Positions 43,643 to 59,385 of a stretch of 64,000 nucleotides of DNA are shown piece after piece (position 1 is the stretch's first letter; each line of letters opens with the position of its first letter). Under the pieces are notes generated by a model, which worked only from the letters and a program-made list of their open reading frames with translations, did not search any database and was not told where the DNA came from. Made by a program: the position numbers and the translations under genes. The DNA comes from the human T2T-CHM13v2.0 reference genome, Homo sapiens: NCBI RefSeq assembly GCF_009914755.1, contig NC_060937.1. The stretch is one strand, 5' to 3'.

Positions 43643-43778
43643 CACAAAAATGGGATCATTGGCGGCTGAATGTGGCAAAGCGTTTGTCCCGTTCAGGAAG
43701 GAATGAACCAAATTATGAAGGCTCATCACTTGAGAATCCAGAGTCCCATCTGCTTTATCAAACCCTTCCAAAGCATTC
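43643..43778 (-). CDS. DCT: DCT exon 6 (NALEGF...LHNLVHSF...NDPIFV; metal-B His369/His373)
   Basis: Within ORF 43616..43813; acceptor CCTAG|G, donor GTG|GTATGT; 136 nt. Confidence 0.98.
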
Positions 43779-44189
43779 CTAGGAGAAACAAGTATATCAG
43801 TGACAACAGACAAAGACTGATAAAGGTCTCTTTTTTGTTGTTTTCAGCCTAGATAATAGTTGTCTAATTTGAGATTGGGTAGGGATATGGGAAGCTCTGT
43901 CATAGCAAATTGACCAAGAATTTGCCCCAAACTTTAATGATAATCCTCTGTAAGGGGAGAGAACTCCTAAGCAACGCTATTTCTGAATTATATCTCTTTT
44001 GTGTACTGTATGACAACTTTCATATCTGTCTCTCATTCCCTTGGAGAGCAGGCTCTATGTTTTCTTCAGATATTTATTGCCAGGGTTCAGTACCATGCCC
44101 AGCAGATTGTCTGTGATCAGTAAATTCTTTTATTTAACATATAATCTGATATTTATATTTCTCAACCAAATAGACCTTCAGCTTGACTG

Positions 44190-45060
44190 AAGGTCCAGCT
44201 ACTCAGGAGGCTGAGGTAGGAGGATCACTTGAGCCCAGGAGTTTGAGGTTACAATTAGCCATGATTGTGCCACTGCACTCTACCCTAGGTGACACAGTGA
44301 GATCCTGGCTCTAAAAAAAAGAAAAAAGAAAAAAATTTTCTACCACCATAGAAAGACTTTAAGAATTATGAGAAATATGTTTATAAATAAGACTTTAAAC
44401 AAAGATGGGTCCAAAAAGGGGATGGTAGATAGATTAAAGATCTTCTCCAAAACTGGATTCTCTCTCTCTCTTAACTGTGTTTAAAGTAGACAATTTGTAT
44501 GGGCCCAGGGCAGGGCAGGCTGGACTCAAATGTAGAGGTTGTGCTAAGTGTAGCATGGCTCAGTCTGCTGAGGTTGGACACAGCCTTCAGAGTAGTGTCA
44601 AAGGTGGGGGAAGGGTAACATTTAAGGTTGTTTTGAAAAGGAGGATGAATTAGTTTTTCATTGTGACAAAAGTGCTATTAAAACAGATTGCATTTTCTAT
44701 ATGTTTGAGTTAGGGGAGTTGTTCTCAAAATGCAGTGCTCAGACCACCTTAACTGGCATCATTTGGGATTTGGTTAGAAATGCAAGTTGTTAAGACACAG
44801 CCTACACCTACTGAACCAGAAACTCTGGGAGCAGGGCATGAAACATGTGTTTTTCTTTGGTGATTTTGAGATGTGCTTAAATTCTAGGCCTACCTCTACA
44901 GGTACATACCACCACACCTGGCTACTTTTTTATATTTTTTTGTAGAGACAGGGTCTTGCTCTGTTGCCCAGGTGGTCTCAAACTCCTGGACTCAAGCAGT
45001 CCTCCCGCACTGGCCTCCCAAAGCACTAGGATTACAGGCATGAACACCATGCCCAACCTG
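44190..45060. mobile_element. Intron-5 repeats: Alu right arm (+, ~44190-44335), MER5A (~44715-44885), partial Alu (-, ~44895-45060)
   Basis: Consensus motifs, e.g. GTTCTCAAA...GTTAGAAATGCAA...CTACTGAACCAGAAACTCTGGG for MER5A. Confidence 0.75.
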
Positions 45061-45561
45061 TGGTGGAAGATTAATAGTTGGTCTTTAAATGTTAAGTATT
45101 GTAATGTCATTGCTGTGCTATGATTTGAGTTGAATTTAGTCTGCAATACTCCTCTGAGATCTCAGACCTCACTATTAAGTTCTATGGCTGATAAATTTCT
45201 AATATCGACATTTTAAAAAATAAGAAAGGAAAGAGAAAGAGCATGGACATTGAAAAAACACTATATTTAATGAAGTACCCTGTTTCCAAAGACTGGACCT
45301 ATTAATGTACTGCAATTAGAAATACAAAAGTTGGTTTTGAACAGCTAAGTTAGAAGGTATTAAAACCACATTGTTAGTCATAGTAGATGGGTAAAGACTT
45401 TCCTCACACCAATCCCTTGCTAACTTCTCTCGTTAGGCCTCTCTCCATCACTTAGCTTCGTAGACAACCCCCAAAACCTGGGTTTCCTTCCAGTTCTTTA
45501 CAATCACAGGCATGAAAACCTGTACTGTACAGGCAGGTCCAGCAGAGCTCAGAGCACCCAC

Positions 45562-45741
45562 CTGAAACTGAAGGTAGAGTTCTGGAAGAAGGGAGGATTG
45601 TCAAACTTCTGGAGAGACAGGCAATCTCGTATGTCTTTTAAGGTTGGCAATTTCATGCTGTTTCTTCCCATTTGATTTCTTCTCAGCAAACCTTCATAGG
45701 TTCCATTGCACAAGGTGACCAGGTGGTTGTAGTCATCCAAG
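45562..45741 (-). CDS. DCT: DCT exon 5 ([12 protein letters not shown]...NSTFSFR)
   Basis: Within ORF 45549..45797; acceptor CTTAG|C, donor AG|GTGGGT; 180 nt. Confidence 0.98.
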
Positions 45742-45777
45742 CTAAGATTTGTAATAAGATTTAAAATAATATATGTT

Positions 45778-46135
<358 letters not shown>

Positions 46136-46669
46136 TCAGGGTCACAATCATGGTAAAATTGTATTACAATTACTTTACCAGAGTTAACAATATGTGGTAA
46201 AAAGTACTATACCTGAAAGTCATTATGGGTCGAGAAGTTTCAAAAATGTAGATGCACAAAATACGGACATGGGCATAAATATGAATAATCATTACCATTC
46301 TGTTGGAAAGACAGTGAGAGGGTTTACAAGGCAAGATGACTCCTATTGTGTGCATTTGAATCTTGAGTAACTGAAGGGAGAATAGGGTGGTTCGTATTAT
46401 GCTGAGCTAAGCCAGTTTTGGCAGAAGTGACATGTAAAGTTACGAAAACCTTTTAGGCAAACTGAAGGCAAACGGGGAGGTCAGAGTAAAAGCAGATGAA
46501 AGTACACAAAGGGGAGATATTAGAAGAAACACTGTGTTGGAAAATGTTCCAAGGTAGTAGAGTATCAATAGTTAAGTGCTCAGCATGGGCTGAGAAGGTC
46601 CCATGTCCGTAAGACATTATATCCTACACGCCTGCTATGGCCTGGATTCCAACATCAGAATAGTATTTC

Positions 46670-47250
<581 letters not shown>

Positions 47251-47909
47251 GACCATTATTTCACTGGCAGAGATAAAAATTTAAAGATGTTATTGTGAGG
47301 GTTTTCATGAATTAGGGATAGGACCCAGTATGTGAGAATATAATCAGCACATCCACAGGGATGAAAGAGGCCAGGACCTAAACACTAAGCTGAAAAAGGT
47401 CTCCAAGGCCTCCCAGGCAGCGTTTCCCAAAGTGGATTCCAATGGGATGTCCGGTGAAGTAAGAGTTCCAGGGTTAGGCTCCTCTTGAAAAAGAATACCA
47501 CATTTATCTATGGAAAGCTTGACGACATTCTAAAAATTTAAAAACCTTTTAAACTCAGCCTTCTCTAAATTTACTTGATGACGGAAATCTCTTTTCACAT
47601 ACCATCCACTACTATTCCAAGGTATGGTGGGAAATGGCGCTTGATGGAATTAAGCTCAGTCACAGAAAAAGCACTGATGATGTCCCTGCTCGTGGAGCAC
47701 TGTTCTGAGCACTGTAGGAAATGTACAGGATGTGGAAGACGAAGTCCCTGCTAGCTGGGCATGGGCCCCTCAAAACGCACACCTATGCAGGCTCAGGGTG
47801 TTGGCAGTGAAGCCTGGGGGCCGGGGGAGCCACAGCTCTGTGCCCTGGAGCAGTCTAAGGACCTGGGACGAAAGACAGAGCAGTGGGGTTAAAAACATGG
47901 GGATTTTGA

Positions 47910-48448
<539 letters not shown>

Positions 48449-48855
48449 TCAACTCACCAGCATCCTGTGACTCAGCCATACCAGGCTGTTTCCAGAGAAT
48501 TATCTAGCTTCACACATGATGTTCCTCCATCAAGGACCCACCCACTGCCCTCCCACACTCCCCTCACCCTCCTCTACACCTCAGGTCTGTGCCCCTCCCC
48601 TTCTCAGAGCCATCATCTCTGCCTCTTGGGGACTTGCCCAGACTCTCTTCTTGTCTTTGTGTATACATCTATTACAGTACTTCCCACACTCAACTGTAAT
48701 TTACTTACAAGAAATCTATCTCGTTAATACAAGACAATATTCAAAAGGGAGGTTTTATTTCATTCATCTTTGTATTCCCGGCAGTACCACATCACATGGG
48801 ATATGATTGGTGCTTAGCAAATGTTGATTGAATGCAAGAACTACTCTTAATTTGA

Positions 48856-48935
48856 TTAGGTTGATGCAAAAGAAATTGTGGTTTTTGCTATTACTTTTAA
48901 AGGCAAAAACCGCAATTACATTTGCACTAATCTGA
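48856..48935. mobile_element. MADE1 (Hsmar1-derived 80-bp palindromic MITE)
   Basis: TTAGGTTGATGCAAAAGAAATTGTGGTTTTTGC...GGCAAAAACCGCAATTACATTTGCACTAATCTGA followed by TA; exactly 80 bp. Confidence 0.92.
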
Positions 48936-49185
48936 TAAAACTAACCTGATCTCAAAATGATGGCCAAGCATAACCAATTCACAAATGTGATTTTGATATT
49001 TTTTTTTTTAATTAAAGAGCTTTGAATTTTTGAAATCCCACCTCCCAGAGGAAAACTGTTTTTAGAAACATGTAAATAGGACACCACATGCATAAGAAAC
49101 AGCACTATAAAGTGACTTCTCCTCCATGTCTCAGACATCAGAAAAGACAATCTCTGGATGCCATTGCAGGTACAGGAGCCATTAC

Positions 49186-49352
49186 CTATCACAGACAGTT
49201 TCCCAGCTGGAGAATCTTGAGTTCCGACTAATCAGAGTCGGATCGTCTGGTCTCGCTGCCCCAAACAGCTGGTCTGTACACACATCACACTCGTTCCTCC
49301 CAGTGGCAAAGTTCCAGTAGGGCAAAGCAAAAGACTCATTGCCAATGAGTCG
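49186..49352 (-). CDS. DCT: DCT exon 4 ([15 protein letters not shown]...WETVCD)
   Basis: Acceptor TTTTAG|CGA, donor AG|GTAATG; 167 nt; LPYWN tyrosinase motif. Confidence 0.98.
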
Positions 49353-49449
49353 CTAAAAGCAAAGGGCAGGCCTAGTCATTTAATCCATGCCATCAGATAC
49401 AACAAGAAAGCATACAAGGCAAAGGCTGATATGTATCTGAACCAAATAT

Positions 49450-49514
49450 CTACCAAGACAAAGACTACTGGATGGATAAATGAATGAAGAAACTGTGACA
49501 TAAATCAGTGTGTG

Positions 49515-49554
<40 letters not shown>

Positions 49555-50060
49555 TGTGTACAATGGAGTATTATTCAGCCTTTAAAAAGGAGACCCTGCC
49601 ATTTGCAAAATGTGAATGAATCTAGAAGACATTGTGCCAACTGAAATAAGACAGATACAGAAAGAAAAACACTGCACTATCTCACTTATATGTGGAATCT
49701 AAAGAAAAGAAGAAAAAAGAAAAAGAGTGAATACATAGAGAGTTACATAGTAGTTACAAGGGACTGGGAGAAATGGGAAGATGTAGGCTGAAAGGTGCAA
49801 AGTTGCAGTTATGTAGGATAAATAACTCGAGGTCTGAGACTATAGTTAACGTTGTATTGTGTACTGGTGATTTGCCAAGAGAGTAGACCTTAGGTACTCT
49901 TACCACACACACACAAAAAGAGATATCTCTATGTGATGCTGAGTATGTTAATTTACTTTAGTGCACTAATCACTTATCTTGTATGAGTATCAAGATAAGT
50001 ATATCAAAATTCACACTGTATGCCTTAAATATATACAATAAATTTTTTAAAAAATTAAAA
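49450..50060 (+). mobile_element. L1MA 3' end with (TA)n (49522-49553), filling most of intron 3
   Basis: TATTATTCAGCCTTTAAAAAGG...TCTCACTTATATGTGGAATCTAAA L1 3' signature. Confidence 0.85.
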
Positions 50061-50086
50061 GAACTAAATGCATAGTTTTGACCTAC

Positions 50087-50187
50087 CTGGAGATCTCTTT
50101 CCAGACACAACAAATGGTACCGGTGCCAGGTAACAAATGCAGGTCCTTGATGTGAGAAATCTATGGCCCTGTAGGGGCGTCCTGGTC
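50087..50187 (-). CDS. DCT: DCT exon 3 ([34 protein letters not shown]; metal-A His211/His220)
   Basis: Translated by hand; acceptor TTTCAG|GA, donor CAG|GTAGGT; 101 nt; tyrosinase-family FVTWHR motif. Confidence 0.98.
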
Positions 50188-52155
50188 CTGAAACAATTGG
50201 GAAACATATTAGAGATGACAGAATAGAATTTTTTAAAATGTTAAATCTTACCTGGGCTGTATCTATAGAGCCAATAAGTCCATGATGTTTTATAGTAGTA
50301 AGAAAAAAAAGTTTTGTTGTTATTTATATCTCCAAAAGCAATAGTAATGACATGAATTTCAGAAGTAACTAGTACTTTTAGGATAAACCCTCCTTTATCT
50401 CTTAAAAGGTTGATTTCTAGCAGAGATCCAGGAAATTCAGGTGACTTTCAGGATTGGGAGCCCCTGATACATATTTAATTTGTAAGCAACAATCCATTCA
50501 GGTGAAATAGACTATCCAAAAGAATAGATCATTAAGACCTAAAGGAAATATATTTTTTAAAGGCATTTGCTAACCTATGCTTCACAAAGATATAAATTTA
50601 AAAGGGAGGGATTAATTAATAATATTGTAACTTCAACTGCACTTAGTCCTAATGCAGTATTTATGTAACCAAAAAGAACTTTCGCGTATTTTGCCTCACC
50701 CATCAATCTGTTATAACTACTAGCTGACAAGCATGTTCGCTGAGACCAGAAGAGAGAAAAATACATTCAAGCCATTTAGGCTGGACACTGGAACTGCCAA
50801 TTTTAGTGAAAAGCTCTGGACGATTTAATGACCTCCTTACTGCCTGGTCCATCCTTCTTCCCTTTTTCATAACAGCTTTGATGGTTATGTGGAAACTTTA
50901 GCTAACTTTAGTTCTTGTCCAAAATACCTATAACAACTTCAGAGAGCTGAACAGACGTGAATATAAATTTAATTCGTAGCTATGACCAGAAACTAGGACT
51001 TTCTTTTCCTCTTGAGAGAGTACTCTCTCATAAAGCAATAATTCCTCAGAGTGATAACAGGAAAACTATAAAGGTTTATAGCCAAAAGAGCCTCCTTATC
51101 TATCGATAAAGACAGACAGATGCTTACCTGTAAGGCAAGTTTTAAAAGACTCACACTGAGAAAAGCACTGCTGTCCCTGATGTTGGCTACACGGCCCTTT
51201 TTCATGTTCAATTCAGAGCAAGGTTTCAAATTCTCAGAACCCAACAACGAGAGGGTATCAATTGAAGGGGAACAAGTGATGAGCAGAAGGATGAACCTGT
51301 CCAAATCAGAATCTTGCTCTTCAAAGTGAGCTTGATGTCTTCATTCATCCTGACCCCAATGAAGGACCCCAAAAATGGGGAGAGGTGCACGTGCAGCCAT
51401 GCATTCAAGAACTGCTATGGGAAGAATCTAGGATGGAGTCAAGCCCTCCTGGAATACATTGGTGTCTATGGCTTTCCTTTGACTGAAAAATAAGGACAAA
51501 GCTGAACCTACTTGATACATGAAGTTTGTAACAGACAACCCCCTCATTCCAAGTCCTACCCAGCCCCCAATTTTTAAGACTTGGAAGGGCAGGTCACCAA
51601 TTTCTCAAGCATCCAACATGACTGTGTTGCAAAGAGCTAAGCAGCAGAAACTCTACATTGCTGTGGCTAAGCTTGTACTTTTCCTTGACAATAAAGCTCC
51701 AAGAAACCTGGGGATTCCGGACCATGCAGGAGTACCATAAATGATTATCTGAAAGTCTATCATGTGATAGACTGTCTAAAATCCATCCAAAGTTGATCTA
51801 TCCTGTGAGTTTAACAAGATGCCCACTCCCAACATGAGCACTCTAATTCCGCACAAAGAAGCTTCATGTGCCTTAGCACATGTTCAGTTAATTCCTCTAA
51901 TTTGGAGAAAAGGTCAGAGAGGGCTTCCATGGCCAGATTCGCAAATATTTTCTTCTGAAATCAAAAGGAATTCGCCTCCACCTCACCAACTCACATCTTT
52001 GATGATTAACAGCTTCACAGAGAAAAGTTTACACTTTGAACCAAGAACATACGGTAGAGGAGAGAACATTTAAAGTGTCTGCATCCAATGCACAGGAAGA
52101 AACTGCTTCCTTCTAACTCCAGGCGGTATTTGATAATTCTACGACTTTCATAAAC

Positions 52156-52274
52156 CTAAGGCTGCCTTGTGGTTGCTCTCTTAATTAACTTGCATGAAAT
52201 TACTTCCCACTGCCATACCCTCAACCCAATCACAAACCTGTAATAATATACCTTCAGCCAAGGAAAAAACCCAC
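52156..52274 (-). CDS. DCT: DCT intron-2 read-through tail (TRP-2-INT2-type isoform)
   Basis: Exon-2 frame stays open into intron 2: [39 protein letters not shown]; contains [10 protein letters not shown], recalled as a melanoma T-cell epitope. Confidence 0.7.
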
Positions 52275-52574
52275 CTAATAATGTATCTCTAACAGAATAA
52301 TAATGGAGCCACACAAAAAAATCATAAACACTGCAGTTGGCAAACTGCGGCTGGGTTCCATTGGGCCCAAGCAGGCCCAGCCAGTGTTGTGTGGTGATCA
52401 CGTAGTCGGGGTGTACTCTCTTCTTCGCGAGATCTAAGGCGCCCAAGAACTGCTCTCTTTCCTGAGGACTCAAGGAATGGATGTTCTGCCGAATCACTGG
52501 TGGTTTCTTCCGCTCGCAGTTGGGACCGGTCCAGCCAAACTTGCAGTCTCCACAATTATAGCCGGCAAAGTTTC
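52275..52574 (-). CDS. DCT: DCT exon 2 (GNFAGYNC...[19 protein letters not shown]; His189)
   Basis: Acceptor AACTAG|GA, donor TTAG|GTGGGT, 300 nt, in frame with exon 1. Confidence 0.99.
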
Positions 52575-52814
52575 CTAGTTCACAAAACAGAAAGATGGAA
52601 AGGAAGGGGGTTTATGTCGTTTGGAAGAAATTTCTGAATTTGTACTCTGAAATTTGAATGGAAGAGAAGATGAAGGTGCTTACACAAAGGCAAAGAAAGT
52701 CAATTTTCCTCCCATGGTCTCCTCTTAAATGTTTATATCTCCAAGTGGACTAAGCACTAGAGGGTTTCCTAGACACATTCCCAGCAAAGAAACAGGACAT
52801 GAAATACACTGTAT

Positions 52815-53175
52815 ACTGCAATGAGCTAAACCGTGTCCCCGAAGTCCTAGCCCCAGTATACCTCGTATGTGACTATATTTGGAGATAGTGTCTTTAAAGA
52901 GGTAATTAAGGGTAAATGAGGTAATTAGAGTAGGCCCTAATCCAATATGACTGGTGTCCTCAAAAGAAGAGGAAATTTGGACACAGTTTTGGAAGGAAGA
53001 CCACATGAAGACACAGGGAGAAGACAGCCATCTGCAAGCCAAGGAGACAGCCCTCAGAGGAAACCAACTCCCTGATCTCAGCCATCCATCCTCCAGAACT
53101 GTGGGAGGGTGAATTTCAGTGTTTAAGCTGCCTAGTCTGTGGGATGTTGTTACGGCAGCAGTAGCAGACTCATGC
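52815..53175 (+). mobile_element. MLT1B LTR
   Basis: TGTGACTATATTTGGAGATAG...GGCCCTAATCCAATATGACTGGTGTCC. Confidence 0.85.
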
Positions 53176-53269
53176 ACACACTCCTTCCTCCCAGGATCGC
53201 AGGCGTGTCTCCTCCTGCGTCCACTCCACGCCCACAAAAAGGGATGACACAGAACAGTTCATTGATTTA

Positions 53270-53695
<426 letters not shown>

Positions 53696-55399
53696 TTAGA
53701 AGAAATCTCACATTTAAAAAGCTGACTTATTTCACGAAGTTGACAGCATTAAGACAAAATCAACGGAAGCTGTCAAGTCCTCAGGGTGAATCAGTAGCCA
53801 TGATGTCAGGAAGTACAAACCACCACAGGATTTCTGTCAGCTGCACAAAGCTCCCTGCTTTCTCAAAGCCCAGGGAAGGAGGACAGGACTAATAAGATCA
53901 AGCTCTGGGCATCTCTCTGATCAGCATCTAAAGTTTACATCCTTGTAGCTTGCCCCAGACTTTTCCCTTCTTAGCCTTCCAACTTATTGCCTTTGGGTAT
54001 GACCAACATTTCATTCCTTAGGTTAGAGGGTAAAATTTAAATATCATTAGAGCACAAGATTGAAACGAAAGGGGATGATAATGCTTATCTCCCAGAAGAT
54101 TAAAGGGATTACGTAAAGCATTTAAAGAGGGTGACCAGCTCACTTACTCCTCCTCCTCTACCTCATGCCCTAGGCCTATTTGCTTGCTTTTCCTTCTTCC
54201 TGAAACACTTTTCCCTCACTGTCTCCCTAAATTCCTCTTTACCTGCGTGATCCATTTCTCCTTTAAGCTTCACGTTTGTGCTCTCTAAGGTCATTCTTGA
54301 TTCCAAAGGTCGGGGTTCGGGTCAGTTACTTCCTTGCACCTCATACATCCCCTTTCTTCACATTTATTTACACTGATTGTAAACATTACTACACTTGTTT
54401 CAGCTCCAGGCAGCTGTAAGGCTGTGAACTCACTGCCTAGGCCTGTGCTTAGCCTTGTTCAAAACAAATGTGTGTTGAGTGAATAACAGAAGTATCGAGC
54501 ATGTAGCAGATGATGCCACATACATTTTCTCTCCCTGTTCTGTGGGTTTGCAGAAAAAGCAGCCCCTATAAATAATTTTGGTAAACTACAAGTAGCAAAA
54601 TAGAGGTAAGTAAAAAGTACTATGACCATAGGGGAGGGGGAGTTATTTGGATCTCTCAAGGAAAGGAAAATTTTCCAACAGCATGAAAACAAAATGATTA
54701 ACAGCATTCTGTAAAGAAAATGCACAGGCTTCCTTTTCTACAGTGGATTTTCTGATAGTTAAAGAAAATTTCCTTAAAATGTAAGTAGGGAGAATTTTTT
54801 CTAATTGTAATCGGTTGAGTTTTTTTGTTTTTTATAATATATCATATATCCCACCTTTTACGTAGCTCAATTATCTGTATTTTTCTTTTACAGCACTCTA
54901 TGAGAACATAAGTTAAAATATTGAAAAAAGGAAAAATTCTACTCTTCCCAAGACTAACAATGTTTTTGAATAGTTTAAGTTAAACATTAAAATGTACATT
55001 GATTCCTGGAGATAATTAAATACAAACTATTTATTTAACAAATATTTATGAAGCGGCTACTATCTCATCAGATGCTATGCAAGATGCTTCGTTTTATGGA
55101 CCTTGAAGTCTATTTTCCCTGGGGCAACCTTACTAAAACTGTATGTATTAAAAACAGATTTGATTAAAACATATCACCTACTATGACAGTACAGGAATGG
55201 AACACTGTTTTGAGAACTGAGTGAACAAAATGCTGTGTCTAAAGAAGAGTAGCTACCCAGATTAAAATTCAGTCAAATTTCCAGCTGCCTATCTATAGCT
55301 GATTGGAGGTAAATGTCTAGTCACTTCTCTGCAGTAGAAGAGTAATTCCTTGCTTCATAATGCTGAGAAATTTGGATGATAATAATGTCGGTAGAGGTT

Positions 55400-56396
<997 letters not shown>

Positions 56397-56644
56397 TGAG
56401 TTCTATATTGTGTTATTATTACTAGTATTATTAGAGACCACTTATCAAATAGTATAGCAATTGTTTGTCTTCATATCTGTCTTACATATGACTATACTGT
56501 GCACATCTTAAGAATCACGTCAGTTTTTCCCCCTCTCTGTATCTGAAGGGCCTAGTTGATGCTAAATAAATGTTGCTTGGATGGGTGGTGAAAGAATCAA
56601 TGAATAATTGAATAAAAGGGATCAGACACTAGTGAATACAAATA

Positions 56645-57009
56645 CAGATGGCCTCTGACTTATGATGGTTCAACTTAAAATTTTTCAACTTTAGGATGGT
56701 GCAAAATCAATATGCATTCAGTAGAAACTCTACTTCGAATATCCATATGACTATTTTGGTTTTCACCTTCAGTACAGTATTTAGTAAATTACATGAGATA
56801 TTCAATACCTTATTATAAAATAGGCCTTGTGTGAGATGCTTTGTCCCAACTGTAGGCTAATGTTAGTGTTCTGAGTGCATTTAAGGTAGGTTATGCTAAG
56901 CTGTGATGTTCATAGATTAGGTGTATTAAATGCATTTTTGACTTAACAGTATTTTCAACTTATGATGGATTATTGGGATGTAACCCCATCATAAGTCAGG
57001 GAGCATCTG
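56645..57009 (-). mobile_element. MER47A (Tigger family MITE), full length
   Basis: TA-CAGATGGCCTCTGACTTATGATGG...CCATCATAAGTCAGGGAGCATCTG-TA; 365 bp. Confidence 0.88.
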
Positions 57010-58839
57010 TATAAATGAGGCAATAATACCTTAGTCTAGTGGAAATGAAGGACAAGTACACAATGACATTTCAACACAAGTCAAACTGTGGGAAAAGTGA
57101 AAACAGAGGAATAAGTCAAGCTCCACTGGATGACAAATGACGAAATGATTAATCCTGATTCAGAAAATCAGAGATGCTTCACAACTACAGTGAACAAGAA
57201 ACTTTAATGTAACCAGAGTTGCCTCCAAAAGGCAATGTATAAGTTCTAATAAGAAAGCTTTCAACATCTGTGAAAAGAATGGGAAGTGGGGGGGTAAAGA
57301 AAGCTTGTGTCTGTTTTGGAGCCCATTTATGACCCAGAAATTTATTCAATTAAAAAATTCCTTTTCCAAGATGTCTCAGAGAAATTATTCCAAAGCTCTG
57401 CAGTCAGGTCCCTTTCATTTCTAAGTTTATAGACCTGACCTGAAGAATTTGTTGAAATGCTGGAGATGACTGAAAAGTGTAACAACATGAAAGCCTAGCA
57501 GACAAAATGTTTATTTCTTTAATTTAGTTTTCCTAATAGCATCTTCCATCAATTTAACATGATTTAGTTTTTTCTTCTTAATCTACCAATGCAAAAAATA
57601 TAAGAAGAGAAGTGTTTTAGAAAGAACCGTGTTATCTTACTGGGAAATGGAGAGAGGAAAAAAAATGATTCCTAGATAATATCAATCTATCGACCATTGA
57701 GTATGTCCTTCAGTGAAAATTAAATTTAAAGAGTCAAAGTCTCATGTTTACAAAGGACTATGATAAAAATGGAAAAAAGAGTGAGATCATCTAAACACCA
57801 CACATTCCTACATGAACTGCATCAGCTCAACCTCAGAAAGCCATTAGACTAAATAAGCTTAAAGACCACCGATTAGTGAATTTACAAGGAACTCTAAATA
57901 GCCTATTCCTTTTAATTAGAGATTCTATTATTTTAATAACAATACTTTATACTTACATAGGTCCTTTCATCTACAGAAATCAAAAGGATTTTACAAGTGT
58001 GGTTTCATCATTATCCCCATTTCAGAGATTGGAAAATGGAGGCAATTAGTCACTTGTACAAACAAGAAGTTCACCGTCAACTGTTCAAAAACTATTTGGT
58101 GCGCAAGTTTTTCAGAAGCCAAAAGACATAGCTGCAAATGGCATATTCTCATAAAGCCAACTGGCAGGTAAGCCTTATAAGGTGAATAGCAAATTCAAAG
58201 TCTCCTGCAATTCAGCTCTTCCTGACAATTAAGCTCAGTGGCTTTTTTGTTTCAATTTATCCCTACAGAGACTATAGAGAAGCTCTCTACAGAGAATTTC
58301 ACCATAGAATTTAGAGTTTTAAAAAACAAATCCCAGAATTTCTATGTGTTTCTACTTATTAGGCTGAAATTACTTTACCAGCTTCATGATTATGGAAACT
58401 ATGAGGTGTTTATTTTCCAAAGAATTAACAACATTTGGGGTCATCAATAGTCTGTTACAAGACACTAATCTACATCTCTTCCTTGAGAAATTTTGGATCA
58501 TCCCAGGAGTGCCCCAGTGACTCCATTCGCAAAAGAGTCATCAGGCTACTGTAGAGGATGTTCTCTGGGAGGCTCAGGATCAGGTTTCAATTCCAAAGAT
58601 TGCCCCACAAACCATAAAAAAGCTACCCTAGGAAGGCTAGCAACTTACTCTTTGGGGAATAATTAATTGAAGGACATGTGTCCTGCTTTGGGACACACGG
58701 CTCATCACAGAATGGTAATTATGACATACACAAAATAACTTCCCAGCTCAGTCACTAAGGACTTAGTCTCGTGCCCTGAGATTCAAAGAAAAAGACCATC
58801 TAGCAAGATAAGTAGAGCCATCCAAAGTTGGTATGACAA

Positions 58840-59385
58840 TACAATGGAATATTATTCAGCCTTTAAAAAGAAAAAAATTCTACCATTTGCGACAGCATGG
58901 ATGGACCTGGAAGACATTTGTGCTAAGTGAAATAAGTCAGTCTCAGAAGGACAAACTCTGCATGATTATTCTTATATGAGGCATCTAAAGTAGCTGAACA
59001 TAGAGAAGTACACGACGGAATTGTGGTTACCAGGGGATGGGGGAGGGGCGATAGGGAGTTGTAAAGTTATAATGATACAAGATGAGCAAGTTCCAGAGAT
59101 TTTCTGTACAATATAGTGCCTATAGTTAACAATAAGGCATTCGGCACTTAAAAATGTGTTAAGAGGGCAGATCTCATGTTAACTGTTCTTACCACAAAAG
59201 CAAAAAATAAACAAAAACAAAGAACCACGAGGAACCTTTGGAGATGATGAATATGTTCATTATCTTGATTGTGGAAATGGCAACACAACTGTATAGGTAT
59301 GTCCAAACACCATATTGTGCACGTTAATTATGTGCAGTGTTCTGTGTAACAATTATGCCTCAATAAAACTGGGAAACATTAAAAG
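58840..59385 (+). mobile_element. L1M 3' end
   Basis: ACAATGGAATATTATTCAGCCTTTAAAAAG...CCTCAATAAAA. Confidence 0.85.

Noticed and set aside
52725-53237. Longest ORF in the track (170 aa)
   Set aside because: Mostly antisense MLT1B LTR; no recognisable protein features
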